A stretch of 64,000 nt of DNA from a virus: the IMG/VR virus record IMGVR_UViG_3300036886_000243, positions 1-64,000 of that record, one strand, 5' to 3'. A model generated the notes under the pieces. It saw nothing but the letters and a program-made list of their open reading frames with translations. It had not been told where the DNA came from and made no database searches. This document shows positions 31,001-40,583 of this stretch, in pieces. The stretch's first letter is position 1; the number at the start of each line of letters is the position of its first letter. The position numbers and the translations under genes are program-made.

Positions 31001-33532
31001 ATGCCTACGACTACTACTTGGATCTACACTACACAAACTAATACTGGATGGACTAATGGCCCGAGAGCAGTAGATAATACTGGTGGAACTTTTGCAACTA
31101 TTAGTATCGGCCCTCCTAACGGACTGCATACTACTACTCCTATAACTACTAGCGCTGGCAATTTTACAACAGCTCAACTACCTACGCCGACAGTTATACA
31201 ATTGGGAATTCAAGGATTAACGGCTAACACAGCCAACTGTCAACCCAGAGTAATACCACTTTTCAACGGCGTTACAGCTGGTGCAACTTATACTGTAACT
31301 TGGGCATTGGCAGAAACTACTGTTTTTGTAGATGTGACCAATGATGCTGCTGGCCCCGGTTCTGGTAACTGGACTTGGGCAGATGTTGACGCTCTTGAGT
31401 CGCGGGTTATAGGAAACCGAGTAGCCGGTACTACAACTCTATCGTTAGACCAATTTTTTATTCAAGTTACTTACAACGATCCACCAGATCCTACAGGTGG
31501 AGGAACTTTTTCTGGTTCAGGCATTACTTCATATACACCTAACTATAAGTATACAGCCGATGAAGGTTTTGGTAGCAGTAATGTAACTCTACATAATGTT
31601 TCAAATTACGTTAGTGGAAGTATAATAGTTTATCTTTATTCAACAGCGGACGTCAATCTTATAGCTTTTGGATCTGCACTTACGCAACAATTTTCTATAA
31701 ATGCTGAAGTTTCTGGTGGAGCTGTACTTTCAGGAGCTGTTACTAACAATGTAGTTGATATAGTAGCTACTGTTCAAAGTGGCACAGCTCATCTATCGGG
31801 TACAGCTACAACACAAGTCAATGTTATATATACAGCCTCAGGCACAGCCCACTTAAGTGGAGCTGTAACAGCTACATTAAATTTCTCTTACACAGCCTCA
31901 GGTACAGCCCATCTAAGTGGAACTGTTACTACTCAAGTCAATGTTATATATACAGCCTCAGGTACAGCCCACTTAAGTGGAACTGTTACTACTCAAGTCA
32001 ATGTTATATATACAGCTTCAGGTACAGCTGTATTAAGCGGTTCAGCTAATTATTCTCACGGCGCTGATTTTAGTTATACTGGTACGGGAACTGCTGTATT
32101 ATCAGGTCATATTACAGCTACATTAAACTTCTCCTACACAGCCTCAGGCACGGCTCACTTAAGTGGAACTGTTACTACTCAAGTCAATGTTATATATACG
32201 GCCTCAGGTACAGCTCATCTTTCAGGAACAGTTACAGCTACATTAAACTTCTCTTACACAGCTTCAGGCACAGCTCATCTTTCAGGAACAGTTACAGCTA
32301 CATTAAATTTTTCCTATACGGCCTCAGGCACAGCTCATCTTTCGGGAACTGTTATTAATAATGTAGTCGATATAGTAGCTACTGTTCAAAGTGGAACAGC
32401 TATATTATCAGGAACAGTCACAGCCACACCGGACTTCTCTTATGCAGCATCTGGTACAGCTACACTATCAGGAGCTGCCGACCATACAATAGTATTCAGT
32501 TATACAGCTAGCGGTACAGCCCATCTATCAGGAGCTGCTATAACATCTTTTACTCCGACTGCTGTATATGTCGCATCAGGAACAGCTATATTTTCTGGTA
32601 GCGCCAACCATACAATAGTGTTTTCTTATACAGCCACGGGAACAGTTATATTAAGTGGGACAGTTACAACACAAGTCAATGTTATATATATAGCGTCAGG
32701 CACGGCCCATCTATCAGGGGCAGCTATAACATCTGCAGAGCCAGCTTTCACATATACCGCTTCGGGTACTGCAATATTATCGGGAGCAGCTAATTTTAGT
32801 TTCCCTGGTCAATTCCATTATATTGCATCAGGAACTGCAAATCTATCAGGAACTGCAATTACCCAGGTTAACGTTATATATATCGCCTCAGGTACGGCCC
32901 GTTTATCAGGTGCTGTAACTACACAGGTTATTGTTATATATATTGCTTCGGGTACAGCCATATTATCTGGAACTGCAATGGAACAGGAAAGTTTTTCTTA
33001 TACAGCTTCAGGTACAACAATACTCTTAGGAACTGTAACAGCTACATTAAACTTTAGATACACAGCTTCAGGTACTGCCCATCTATCGGGCCATGTCACA
33101 GCGGAGTTAAATTTCTCTTACACAGCTTCAGGCACGGCCCATCTATCTGGGGCTGCTATAACTAGTAACTTAAGAAACTACTTCTATACTGGCTCTGGAA
33201 CTGTAGTCTTATCAGGGTCAGTCAATTTTAGTTTCCCTGGTCAATTCCATTATATTGCTTCGGGCGATATATTCATGTCAGGTACAGTTGAAGCCAAATT
33301 GGAATTTTCTTACACAGCTGCAGGTACGGCAATATTAAGTGGTACAACTATACGAGTAGTCAATATAATTTACACAGTTGTACCATCTACTATGAATTTG
33401 TTTGGGGCTGCAATTACTAGCGGTACCAAGTTTATAGTTTATACTAACCCAATTGTAGGCTCCATGTTGGCCTTTGCTCCACCTGCAAAAGTTGCTGTTA
33501 GAGCTTTTTTCACGATAGTCCCTAACAGTTAA
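31001..33532 (+). CDS. Repeat-containing fibre/virion protein (~20-aa YTASGTAHLSG repeats)
   Basis: More than 25 imperfect repeats of YTASGTAHLSGTVT(T/A)xxxx. Confidence 0.75.
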   Translation: MPTTTTWIYTTQTNTGWTNGPRAVDNTGGTFATISIGPPNGLHTTTPITTSAGNFTTAQLPTPTVIQLGIQGLTANTANCQPRVIPLFNGVTAGATYTVTWALAETTVFVDVTNDAAGPGSGNWTWADVDALESRVIGNRVAGTTTLSLDQFFIQVTYNDPPDPTGGGTFSGSGITSYTPNYKYTADEGFGSSNVTLHNVSNYVSGSIIVYLYSTADVNLIAFGSALTQQFSINAEVSGGAVLSGAVTNNVVDIVATVQSGTAHLSGTATTQVNVIYTASGTAHLSGAVTATLNFSYTASGTAHLSGTVTTQVNVIYTASGTAHLSGTVTTQVNVIYTASGTAVLSGSANYSHGADFSYTGTGTAVLSGHITATLNFSYTASGTAHLSGTVTTQVNVIYTASGTAHLSGTVTATLNFSYTASGTAHLSGTVTATLNFSYTASGTAHLSGTVINNVVDIVATVQSGTAILSGTVTATPDFSYAASGTATLSGAADHTIVFSYTASGTAHLSGAAITSFTPTAVYVASGTAIFSGSANHTIVFSYTATGTVILSGTVTTQVNVIYIASGTAHLSGAAITSAEPAFTYTASGTAILSGAANFSFPGQFHYIASGTANLSGTAITQVNVIYIASGTARLSGAVTTQVIVIYIASGTAILSGTAMEQESFSYTASGTTILLGTVTATLNFRYTASGTAHLSGHVTAELNFSYTASGTAHLSGAAITSNLRNYFYTGSGTVVLSGSVNFSFPGQFHYIASGDIFMSGTVEAKLEFSYTAAGTAILSGTTIRVVNIIYTVVPSTMNLFGAAITSGTKFIVYTNPIVGSMLAFAPPAKVAVRAFFTIVPNS
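31770..33420 (+). repeat. Coding tandem repeat, ~60-bp unit
   Basis: Near-identical tacagcctcaggtacagcccatctaagtggaactgttactactcaagtcaatgttatata units. Confidence 0.9.
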
Positions 33533-33542
33533 TAGGAACGAT

Positions 33543-33986
33543 ATGAATTACATTTATATAGCGTCTGGAATATTAAAATTTGATACTGGGGCTAATTGGC
33601 AATTTAATGGTATTGAAACAATAAGAGCATATACTGTATCCAGCGATAGTACTAAATTTTCGGGCGAAGCTATAACTATTAAGTTCACAGCTAGCTATAT
33701 TTATTTAGGCACAGGAACTGCTCATGTTTCTGGTACAGCTTCCAATATAGATATAGGTTATATCTATATTGTAATACCTGCTGCTGGAACTAGACTTGGC
33801 GGAGCTGCTATCTATTCTTTTAAAAACTTTCAAGCAAATTTTAATTATTTCGCATTTGGAAAAATCGTTCTATGGAATACTGGTGTAGATGTAGAACAAA
33901 TTAGATATTTTGGAAATGTGTATACTCGATTCGGACCGATCATATCTCCGTTAGTGAATAACAATCAGCCTTTTACTATTAATTAG
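33543..33986 (+). CDS. Short paralog of the repeat fibre protein
   Basis: YIASG, YLGTGTAHVSGTAS, RLGGAAI repeats. Confidence 0.55.
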   Translation: MNYIYIASGILKFDTGANWQFNGIETIRAYTVSSDSTKFSGEAITIKFTASYIYLGTGTAHVSGTASNIDIGYIYIVIPAAGTRLGGAAIYSFKNFQANFNYFAFGKIVLWNTGVDVEQIRYFGNVYTRFGPIISPLVNNNQPFTIN

Positions 33987-33987
33987 C

Positions 33988-33995
33988 AAAGATAA
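33988..33995 (+). promoter_or_regulatory. AAAGATAA putative promoter
   Basis: ATG 34000 is 4 nt downstream. Confidence 0.6.
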
Positions 33996-33999
33996 TAGT

Positions 34000-35580
34000 A
34001 TGGCTAGAGTATATATTGGTCAAACTGCTCTACAAATAAGGCTTAATTTAAATCAGAACATTACTGACGCCTACAAAAGAATTTTGATAAAGTATAAAAA
34101 ACCAAATGGCGTTAGAGGTTTTTGGGAAGCCGATGTTTTAGATCCCAGTATTGGCTTGATTGCTTTCAATATGGATCCAAATAAAGATGGATTTACGGAC
34201 ATAGGCTATTGGATGGTTTGGGCCCACATTTATTTTAAAGACGGTTCAGAGATAGCAGGCGAAAGAGTTCAAATAGGCGTTTATCAACAAGGTAAAACTT
34301 ATGTAGCTTTTCCGTATGGCCAATTTTCTAGCGTTGGAGAGGATACAATAATGGCACAAGAAGCTTTTGAAATTATATACAACAATTCAGAATCAGCTTT
34401 AGCAGCAACAAACGTTCAAGACGCGATAGACGAAGTTAAGTCTGATGTAGATCACGTAACTATACCTGACGCTGCCCAAATATCTTATAACAATTCTAGC
34501 TCTCACTTACCAGCTATTGATGTACAATCGGCAATAGATTTAATAGACCAAACTATTGATAGAAGTTTAGCTCTAGTATCTAGTACTGACGGAACTATTT
34601 ACATTGATCCCAATAGAACGGATAATTATGTACCAACTGGTAATGTTCTGACACCTTTCAAAAGCATTGCAGCAGCTTTAATAAATATACCTTCTGGATC
34701 TTCTATATCGCTTGCTCCTTTTACTTATTTTGAAAATGTTGCATTACCCGATGGTGTAAGTATGTTTGGAACAGAGCCAACTTTTACTATCATAAGCGGC
34801 GATATATCTACTGGAAACTATTTTACATTATTATCTAACTTTACACAGCGAGGCAGACTAACTACTTTTGGAACAGCAGTAGTCTCGAGCGTAGTAGTTA
34901 ATGGAAACGTAGTAGTCAATGGGGATTTTGATAGTTCTGATTTTTCGATATTCCCCACTAATGGGGTGCCATTAACTGTTAACACTGGTAATTGTAGTTT
35001 ACACTTCGTAAGAACTACTGCTATAGATAATTCCTCTTCTATAATCCAACATGGTGGCGTCATACAATTTTCCTTTTGCCAAGCAAATAACAACAGTCCT
35101 GTTAACGCTACTATATTTTCCGATGGTGGTATAATAAGAACAATTTCAACTACTGCAATAAATATTGGTGGCGGACCATCATTAAATATAGATAATGACG
35201 GTAGTTTAATATCGCCAAATGAGTTAACAGCTGTAGATTTTGTCGGCCGCATAGAAGCCGGTGATGCCTATACAATAGTAGAGCTTATTCACTTTGCTGT
35301 GCCAACTACAATAAGTGGTACTAATATAATATTAAGACCAGCATCATTTATAGCATATGATACTAGTAATACACATCTGCCTTTACCAAACATAGATCCT
35401 GGGGCTCCAGCTTTTAATACCACTGTTCAAACAGCAATAGATTTTATATGGAGTTCTTGTAAAAGTGGTATAACAAATCCAGTTTATACGCCAATTAAAG
35501 CCCCAGAACTATATGTAAATACAGCTACAAATACTTTGTGGATATGGACAGGTACATGGCACTTTGTCACACTAACTTAA
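34000..35580 (+). CDS. Baseplate-upper (BppU-like) domain, TNVQDAIDE repeats and beta-helix; receptor-binding-type protein
   Basis: IKYKKPNG..W..GYWMVWAHIYF; ATNVQDAIDEV; GNVLTPFKSIAAA..YFENV. Confidence 0.7.
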   Translation: MARVYIGQTALQIRLNLNQNITDAYKRILIKYKKPNGVRGFWEADVLDPSIGLIAFNMDPNKDGFTDIGYWMVWAHIYFKDGSEIAGERVQIGVYQQGKTYVAFPYGQFSSVGEDTIMAQEAFEIIYNNSESALAATNVQDAIDEVKSDVDHVTIPDAAQISYNNSSSHLPAIDVQSAIDLIDQTIDRSLALVSSTDGTIYIDPNRTDNYVPTGNVLTPFKSIAAALINIPSGSSISLAPFTYFENVALPDGVSMFGTEPTFTIISGDISTGNYFTLLSNFTQRGRLTTFGTAVVSSVVVNGNVVVNGDFDSSDFSIFPTNGVPLTVNTGNCSLHFVRTTAIDNSSSIIQHGGVIQFSFCQANNNSPVNATIFSDGGIIRTISTTAINIGGGPSLNIDNDGSLISPNELTAVDFVGRIEAGDAYTIVELIHFAVPTTISGTNIILRPASFIAYDTSNTHLPLPNIDPGAPAFNTTVQTAIDFIWSSCKSGITNPVYTPIKAPELYVNTATNTLWIWTGTWHFVTLT

Positions 35581-35581
35581 T

Positions 35582-35941
35582 ATGGCAAAAATATATGTAG
35601 GTCAGACGGCTTTACAAATAAGGTTAAATCTCAATCAAGACATTTCTAATGTTTATAATCGTGTCCTGATAAGATTTAAAAAACCTAATGGCATTATGGG
35701 ATTTTGGCCAGCTGAAGTATTAGATCCAATCTGTGGAATAGTAGCTTACACAATTCCACCCGGAGGTATGGATTTAACTGACTCTGGACTTTGGATGGTT
35801 TGGCCCTATGTTTATTTTAAAGATGGATCAATTACAGTTGGCGACCCGACACAATTAGAGGTATTTGAAGAAGGAGAAAGTTATATAGCTTATCCTTATG
35901 GTCAAGTTTCAAGCATAGGAGAAGGTGAGGTTCAACAATAA
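35582..35941 (+). CDS. BppU-like domain, paralog of the N-terminus of 34000..35580
   Basis: MAKIYVGQTALQIRLNLNQDI vs MARVYIGQTALQIRLNLNQNI. Confidence 0.75.
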   Translation: MAKIYVGQTALQIRLNLNQDISNVYNRVLIRFKKPNGIMGFWPAEVLDPICGIVAYTIPPGGMDLTDSGLWMVWPYVYFKDGSITVGDPTQLEVFEEGESYIAYPYGQVSSIGEGEVQQ

Positions 35942-37176
35942 TGGCAACATTTACACCCCAAGAAGCTTTTGAAATAGCTTACAATAATAGCGTATCACAC
36001 TTAATATCTACTAACGTTCAAGATGCTGTTGACGAACTTAAATCAGACATAAACGGTATAACTCCAGCTGATGCATCTCATGTTCCATATAGTAATGCCG
36101 TCTCTCATTTACCAGTCACTAACGTTCAGCAAGCAATAGACACACTCCATAGTAATGATGCATTTCAAACAGCGTTACTAGCTAACACTAATGGTGTATT
36201 ATATGTAAATCCAGCAAGAACTGACCCATATCAACCAACTGGTAATATCAACATGCCTTTCAAAAGCATATCTGCTGCTATCAATGCATCATCGTCTGGC
36301 TATCTTTTATTTTTAGCACCCTTCACTTATTACGAAAATGTATTTTTGCCAGATGGAGTAAGTATAACTGGAACAGAGACTACATTTACAGTAATAACTG
36401 GTGATGTTAGAACTGGTAACTATGTAAGCGCTGTGTCTAATTTAACCGTAAACGGTAGTCTAACTACATTTGGCGATAGCGATCTTGATTCGGTGACAGT
36501 AAATGGAAATGTTATAGTCAATGGGCGACTGGATACAGAAGAATTAGTAGTAACAGCAGCTATTGGCGCCCCTCTAACTATAAACGCCTCAGCGGGTACT
36601 GAAGAAGTTAATTTACATTTTGCCGTTTTCAATACGGGCGATGCTTCTTCATGTATAATTCAACACGGCGGTTTATTAAGAACTTCATTTGCTTTCTTTA
36701 AAAATAATAGTCTTACTGCCCCATGTCTCTTGTCCGATAATGGATCTTTTAGAATAATAAGTTCTAATTTCCTCAACGTTGGTGGTGGACTTTCCATAAG
36801 TGGCAATAATGGATCTACGATAAGTAGCCCTAACGTTTTAGCAGATCAAGTTATACAGGGTAATGCAGTTTTAGGAGATGCTTTTACTTATTTGGAAGCT
36901 ATACACTTTGTAGGAGCTTCAACTATAACTGGCTCTCAGATAGTAACAAGACCAGCTACTTTGATAAGTTATAACGTTGCTAACACTGGTATTCCTTTAG
37001 TGTATCCTAATCAAACAGTTCAAGCAGCTATTGATTATACTTATTCTAGTTCGAAGAGCGGCATTACAGATCCAACATACACGCCTGTTAGAGCTCCAGA
37101 ATACTTCTTTAATACTGTCAATCATAAGCTTTGGATTTGGGATGGTACAGGTTGGCATTACACAACATTGACATAA
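35941..37176 (+). CDS. Beta-helix receptor-binding-type protein, paralog of the C-terminus of 34000..35580
   Basis: QEAFEIAYNNS, TNVQDAVDEL, PFKSISAA, WIWDGTGWHYTTLT. Confidence 0.75.
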   Translation: MATFTPQEAFEIAYNNSVSHLISTNVQDAVDELKSDINGITPADASHVPYSNAVSHLPVTNVQQAIDTLHSNDAFQTALLANTNGVLYVNPARTDPYQPTGNINMPFKSISAAINASSSGYLLFLAPFTYYENVFLPDGVSITGTETTFTVITGDVRTGNYVSAVSNLTVNGSLTTFGDSDLDSVTVNGNVIVNGRLDTEELVVTAAIGAPLTINASAGTEEVNLHFAVFNTGDASSCIIQHGGLLRTSFAFFKNNSLTAPCLLSDNGSFRIISSNFLNVGGGLSISGNNGSTISSPNVLADQVIQGNAVLGDAFTYLEAIHFVGASTITGSQIVTRPATLISYNVANTGIPLVYPNQTVQAAIDYTYSSSKSGITDPTYTPVRAPEYFFNTVNHKLWIWDGTGWHYTTLT

Positions 37177-37204
37177 GATAACTATACATTTGGAGGATTT
37201 TTAA

Positions 37205-37861
37205 ATGGCAGAAACTTTAGTTTTTTCTTCTCAGGGTCTTACAGAAGCTTTGCAAGCTGCAGTAGGTACTAGGAATGCATTGACGTATACACTGACAGAT
37301 ATAAGCTTTATAGCTTTAGACAACTCTATTAATACGGCAGGTGGTAACTTTGTAACAGCTGGTTTTGCAGTAGGACAAATAATAAATGTCACAGGCAGTG
37401 TATCTAACAACATAATTGGCGGTCTAGTAGAAAGTGTCACAACTCTTAAAATCATAGTAGCTATTGTTACTTTAACTGATGAAAGCGACGCAAACAGTAT
37501 TTCACTTCATACAACTACACCAGCTACGACTTGGATTGCCCATTTAGCGAGCGTAGGTCCAGTAACGCCTGGATTTACTGATACTGTGTCAAGCTATACA
37601 GAATCCACGGAAACGGGCTATGCCCCAGTTACATTAGCATACACAAACTATGTTTGGACTGTACTTAATCCTAACGCAATTGGTACTTATGCCAACTTCT
37701 CTTATACTTTTACAGTAGCATTTGCAACAGTTACACACGTATTCATTACAGACAACACTGGATTGATCCTAATTGGCGGTTCTAAGTTAACCACACCAAA
37801 CGTATCAGGAACTGCTGGTGGAACGATAAATATCGACAGTTTAGCTTTTGCAATTAGTTAA
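37205..37861 (+). CDS. Small virion fibre-associated protein with an inserted domain (paralog of 22729..23127)
   Basis: TPGFTDTVSSYTESTETGYAPVTL..GGTINI; TAAGATAA at 37174-37181; SD ggagg. Confidence 0.6.
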   Translation: MAETLVFSSQGLTEALQAAVGTRNALTYTLTDISFIALDNSINTAGGNFVTAGFAVGQIINVTGSVSNNIIGGLVESVTTLKIIVAIVTLTDESDANSISLHTTTPATTWIAHLASVGPVTPGFTDTVSSYTESTETGYAPVTLAYTNYVWTVLNPNAIGTYANFSYTFTVAFATVTHVFITDNTGLILIGGSKLTTPNVSGTAGGTINIDSLAFAIS

Positions 37862-37874
37862 TAGAAGAGGCTAA

Positions 37875-39815
37875 ATGGCCCTAAATACTTTCACAGGTGT
37901 AGGTAACTGGGAGAACGCGTCTAACTGGAGCTTGGGTGTACCAGCTGCCGGGCAATCAATTAAGATAAGCGGTAGTTGTACTATAAATGAATTTGAAACA
38001 CTAGGCTATACAGACCTAACTGTAGATACAGGTGCTTTATTATTATCCTCTAACACAGGTACTACTCTTTTAGAAGTTAATGGCTCTGTAGTTTTAAATG
38101 GACAAATTGGCAAGATAAACGACCAACAACTCCAGTTAGTAATTGCAAATACTTCCAGTGCTACATTAAGTAGCACAAACAACATTCTCAATAACATTTC
38201 TCTAACAGCCGCCGGAACGACATTAAACTTGGCCAGTAATATTGTTGTTGCTAGCTTGGTGTTGATGAATGGGATTTTAGACGTTACTCCCGCTAATTAT
38301 CAAATTACTACATCATATTTTGAAATATATCCAGGTACTTCCTTTAACCCCCAAAATGGTACAATAGTATTTGTAGGCAACGCTAGTCTAATAGTTAGTA
38401 CTTCTTCAAATTTATCGTTTTGGAATTTGACCGTAGCTCCGCTGAGTAATCTAACAATATATGGTGATGATACGCCGCTAATAGGCAATACGCTAAATCA
38501 CGCTGAAGAAATTATTTATAAAAGTGTTTTCGCAAGTTGGGCCAATCAGATTTGGTATCAGAATTTCAATCGCGCTCATTTAACTCTTACTTCAAATTTT
38601 TTAGATAGAAGAACATATGACAATACTTTTACAACGCAATTAATTATAGATAGCTCTTTCATTAACAGCAACATACAAATAGATGGCAACAACATATTTA
38701 GCCGATCTGACCACGCTTTAACAGGCTCGTTTGCCAATACATTTACAACAGATAGTACCGACACGTTTAATAGAACAAACCTGATAATAACTGAGTCTTA
38801 TTTAGATTTAGTAGACAAGAGAACATATACAAATACTTTCAATACGACTAGCCTTAATATTGCAACTTCTTACAACGAGAGCGGTACAACTGATAATACA
38901 AATAATTTCGACGCAGCTAATCTTAGTATAGCTGCATCATTTACAGACAGCAACACGACCAACAGCGTAGATGTTATCAATGGTAATAGTTTCATAGCTG
39001 TATCATTTACAGACAGCAACACGACCAGCAGCATGGACGTTATTAACGCGTCTTTAGTGGCTAGTGCGTCTTTTGTCAATTCTTATACAGTCGTTTATAC
39101 CAACATATTTAATACAGCGCAAGGTGTATTAACTGGATCTTATTTGGATCGAAGAACATACACTAATAGTTTTGATACCGCATTACTTTCCCTAGCTGGA
39201 TCTTTTGTCAATAGCAACATAACAAGGAGCAACAATAATTTCTTGGCTAGTTCAAACTTAGTAGCGATTGATTCGTTTGCTGTAGTCAACATAACAAGTT
39301 CAGCCGACATATTTAACAGAGCTAATTTGATTGTGACTGACTCTTTTACAAATAACAACTCTAGAACATACACTAATACTTTCAATCATACTAATTTAGT
39401 TGTAGCGTCTAACACTTTCCATATTGATGAGCCTGTGAGAAACTATACTAATACCTTCAATCCTGCCACTTTAACAATTACAGGAACTCTTTTAGACATT
39501 TATCATAGAGTTAGTGTATATGTTTTCATAAGTGGTAGTTTCACAGATAGCAACGCAACTAACAACATAGACGCATTCAATACAACTGATTTAGTAATTG
39601 GTAGTTCTTTCGTAAAAGTATATACTTCTAATCCGACGTCTTCAACTAATACTAATACCTTTAACGCAGTGGATCTAACAATGACTGGTGTATTCACAAA
39701 TGGCACCAAGATAAACTGGACTGATACTTTTGACCCATCCAATACTGTAGTTAGTAGTTCGTTTGTTAACAGCTACTCAACAGATTGGTTAGACGACTTT
39801 GACAGCTTATCATGA
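37875..39815 (+). CDS. Fibre-like protein: autotransporter-like beta-helix N-terminus plus N/T-rich RTYTNTFN repeats
   Basis: GNWENASNWSLGVP; repeated RTYTNTFNxxxLxxTxSF. Confidence 0.65.
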   Translation: MALNTFTGVGNWENASNWSLGVPAAGQSIKISGSCTINEFETLGYTDLTVDTGALLLSSNTGTTLLEVNGSVVLNGQIGKINDQQLQLVIANTSSATLSSTNNILNNISLTAAGTTLNLASNIVVASLVLMNGILDVTPANYQITTSYFEIYPGTSFNPQNGTIVFVGNASLIVSTSSNLSFWNLTVAPLSNLTIYGDDTPLIGNTLNHAEEIIYKSVFASWANQIWYQNFNRAHLTLTSNFLDRRTYDNTFTTQLIIDSSFINSNIQIDGNNIFSRSDHALTGSFANTFTTDSTDTFNRTNLIITESYLDLVDKRTYTNTFNTTSLNIATSYNESGTTDNTNNFDAANLSIAASFTDSNTTNSVDVINGNSFIAVSFTDSNTTSSMDVINASLVASASFVNSYTVVYTNIFNTAQGVLTGSYLDRRTYTNSFDTALLSLAGSFVNSNITRSNNNFLASSNLVAIDSFAVVNITSSADIFNRANLIVTDSFTNNNSRTYTNTFNHTNLVVASNTFHIDEPVRNYTNTFNPATLTITGTLLDIYHRVSVYVFISGSFTDSNATNNIDAFNTTDLVIGSSFVKVYTSNPTSSTNTNTFNAVDLTMTGVFTNGTKINWTDTFDPSNTVVSSSFVNSYSTDWLDDFDSLS

Positions 39816-40168
39816 AATTAAGTAGAGTTCTTAAAGAAGCATTAGAACAAGAAATTCGAAAAGGCCATATTGCATTAGCGCCCTTTCCATATTCAGACAG
39901 AGATGAATCTAAAGTTCGACCCTGTTTAGTGTTAGCCAAGAAAGGTGATGATATTCTGTGTGCTTATATGAGCAGTAAGCTGGAGCGCGAAGGTGTTCTA
40001 ATAAAGTCGGTAGATTTGAGCTGGAGTGAATTGAAAGATCCAACTGCATTGATTCGACCAGACAAACTTGCTACTATAGACGTAAAACGAATAGAAAAAA
40101 TAGTAGGCCACCTAATAGAGCCTAAACGAAAAGAAGTGGTCAACCGCATAAACAATCTAATACAATGA
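39812..40168 (+). CDS. mazF: PemK/MazF-family endoribonuclease toxin (orphan) with N-terminal extension
   Basis: KGHIALAPFPYSDRDESKVRPCLVL..AYMSS..IRPDKLATID..IVGHL. Confidence 0.85.
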   Translation: MKLSRVLKEALEQEIRKGHIALAPFPYSDRDESKVRPCLVLAKKGDDILCAYMSSKLEREGVLIKSVDLSWSELKDPTALIRPDKLATIDVKRIEKIVGHLIEPKRKEVVNRINNLIQ

Positions 40169-40506
40169 AAGAGCCTGAAAAAATACTTGGTGGACTTTAT
40201 TTGAGTACGTGGTTTAACACGGAAGGGCTCTTCGTCTGTGTGAAAATAAATCAATACAAAGGAATAGCTAGTGTTAGCTTTCAATACACGAAAACAAAAA
40301 AACCTGATTCTGTGGGCGGCTTCAAGCCAATCTGGCCACAAAGTTTAACAGACCATTTTAAAGCTATGAAATGGGCTCCGTCTTACCTTCCATCCGTTGG
40401 TATAGAGTGGGTCGATGTAGAGTTGGCCACTCCATCAAGCGCTAAAGATATCATAAACAAAATTGATAAGAGAAATTTTATCATAGACCTTTTCAAATAT
40501 GAATGA
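40165..40506 (+). CDS. Hypothetical protein (KRNFIIDLF C-terminal motif)
   Basis: ATGA coupling to mazF. Confidence 0.55.
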   Translation: MKEPEKILGGLYLSTWFNTEGLFVCVKINQYKGIASVSFQYTKTKKPDSVGGFKPIWPQSLTDHFKAMKWAPSYLPSVGIEWVDVELATPSSAKDIINKIDKRNFIIDLFKYE

Positions 40507-40516
40507 AATAATAGGC

Positions 40517-40550
40517 AAGCCCACTAATCTTTAGATTGAGGATAGTTCAC
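40517..40550 (+). mobile_element. Possible degenerate IS200/IS605- or IS607-type (tnpB) right-end remnant
   Basis: aagcccactaatctttagattgaggatagttcac resembles the AAGCCC..CTTTAG..GGGTAGTTCAC ends of tnpB elements; no transposase nearby. Confidence 0.4.
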
Positions 40551-40558
40551 TACTAGCC

Positions 40559-40576
40559 TCGACAGTTCTATATACT
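40559..40576 (+). promoter_or_regulatory. TCGACAG-N5-TATACT promoter
   Basis: ATG 40584 is 7 nt after the -10-like hexamer, no SD (leaderless geometry). Confidence 0.65.
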
Positions 40577-40583
40577 ATATTAA

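Noticed and set aside
31770-33420. CRISPR array or DGR template/variable repeats
   Set aside because: The repeats are in-frame coding units without unique spacers; there is no cas or reverse transcriptase gene and no adenine-specific variation.
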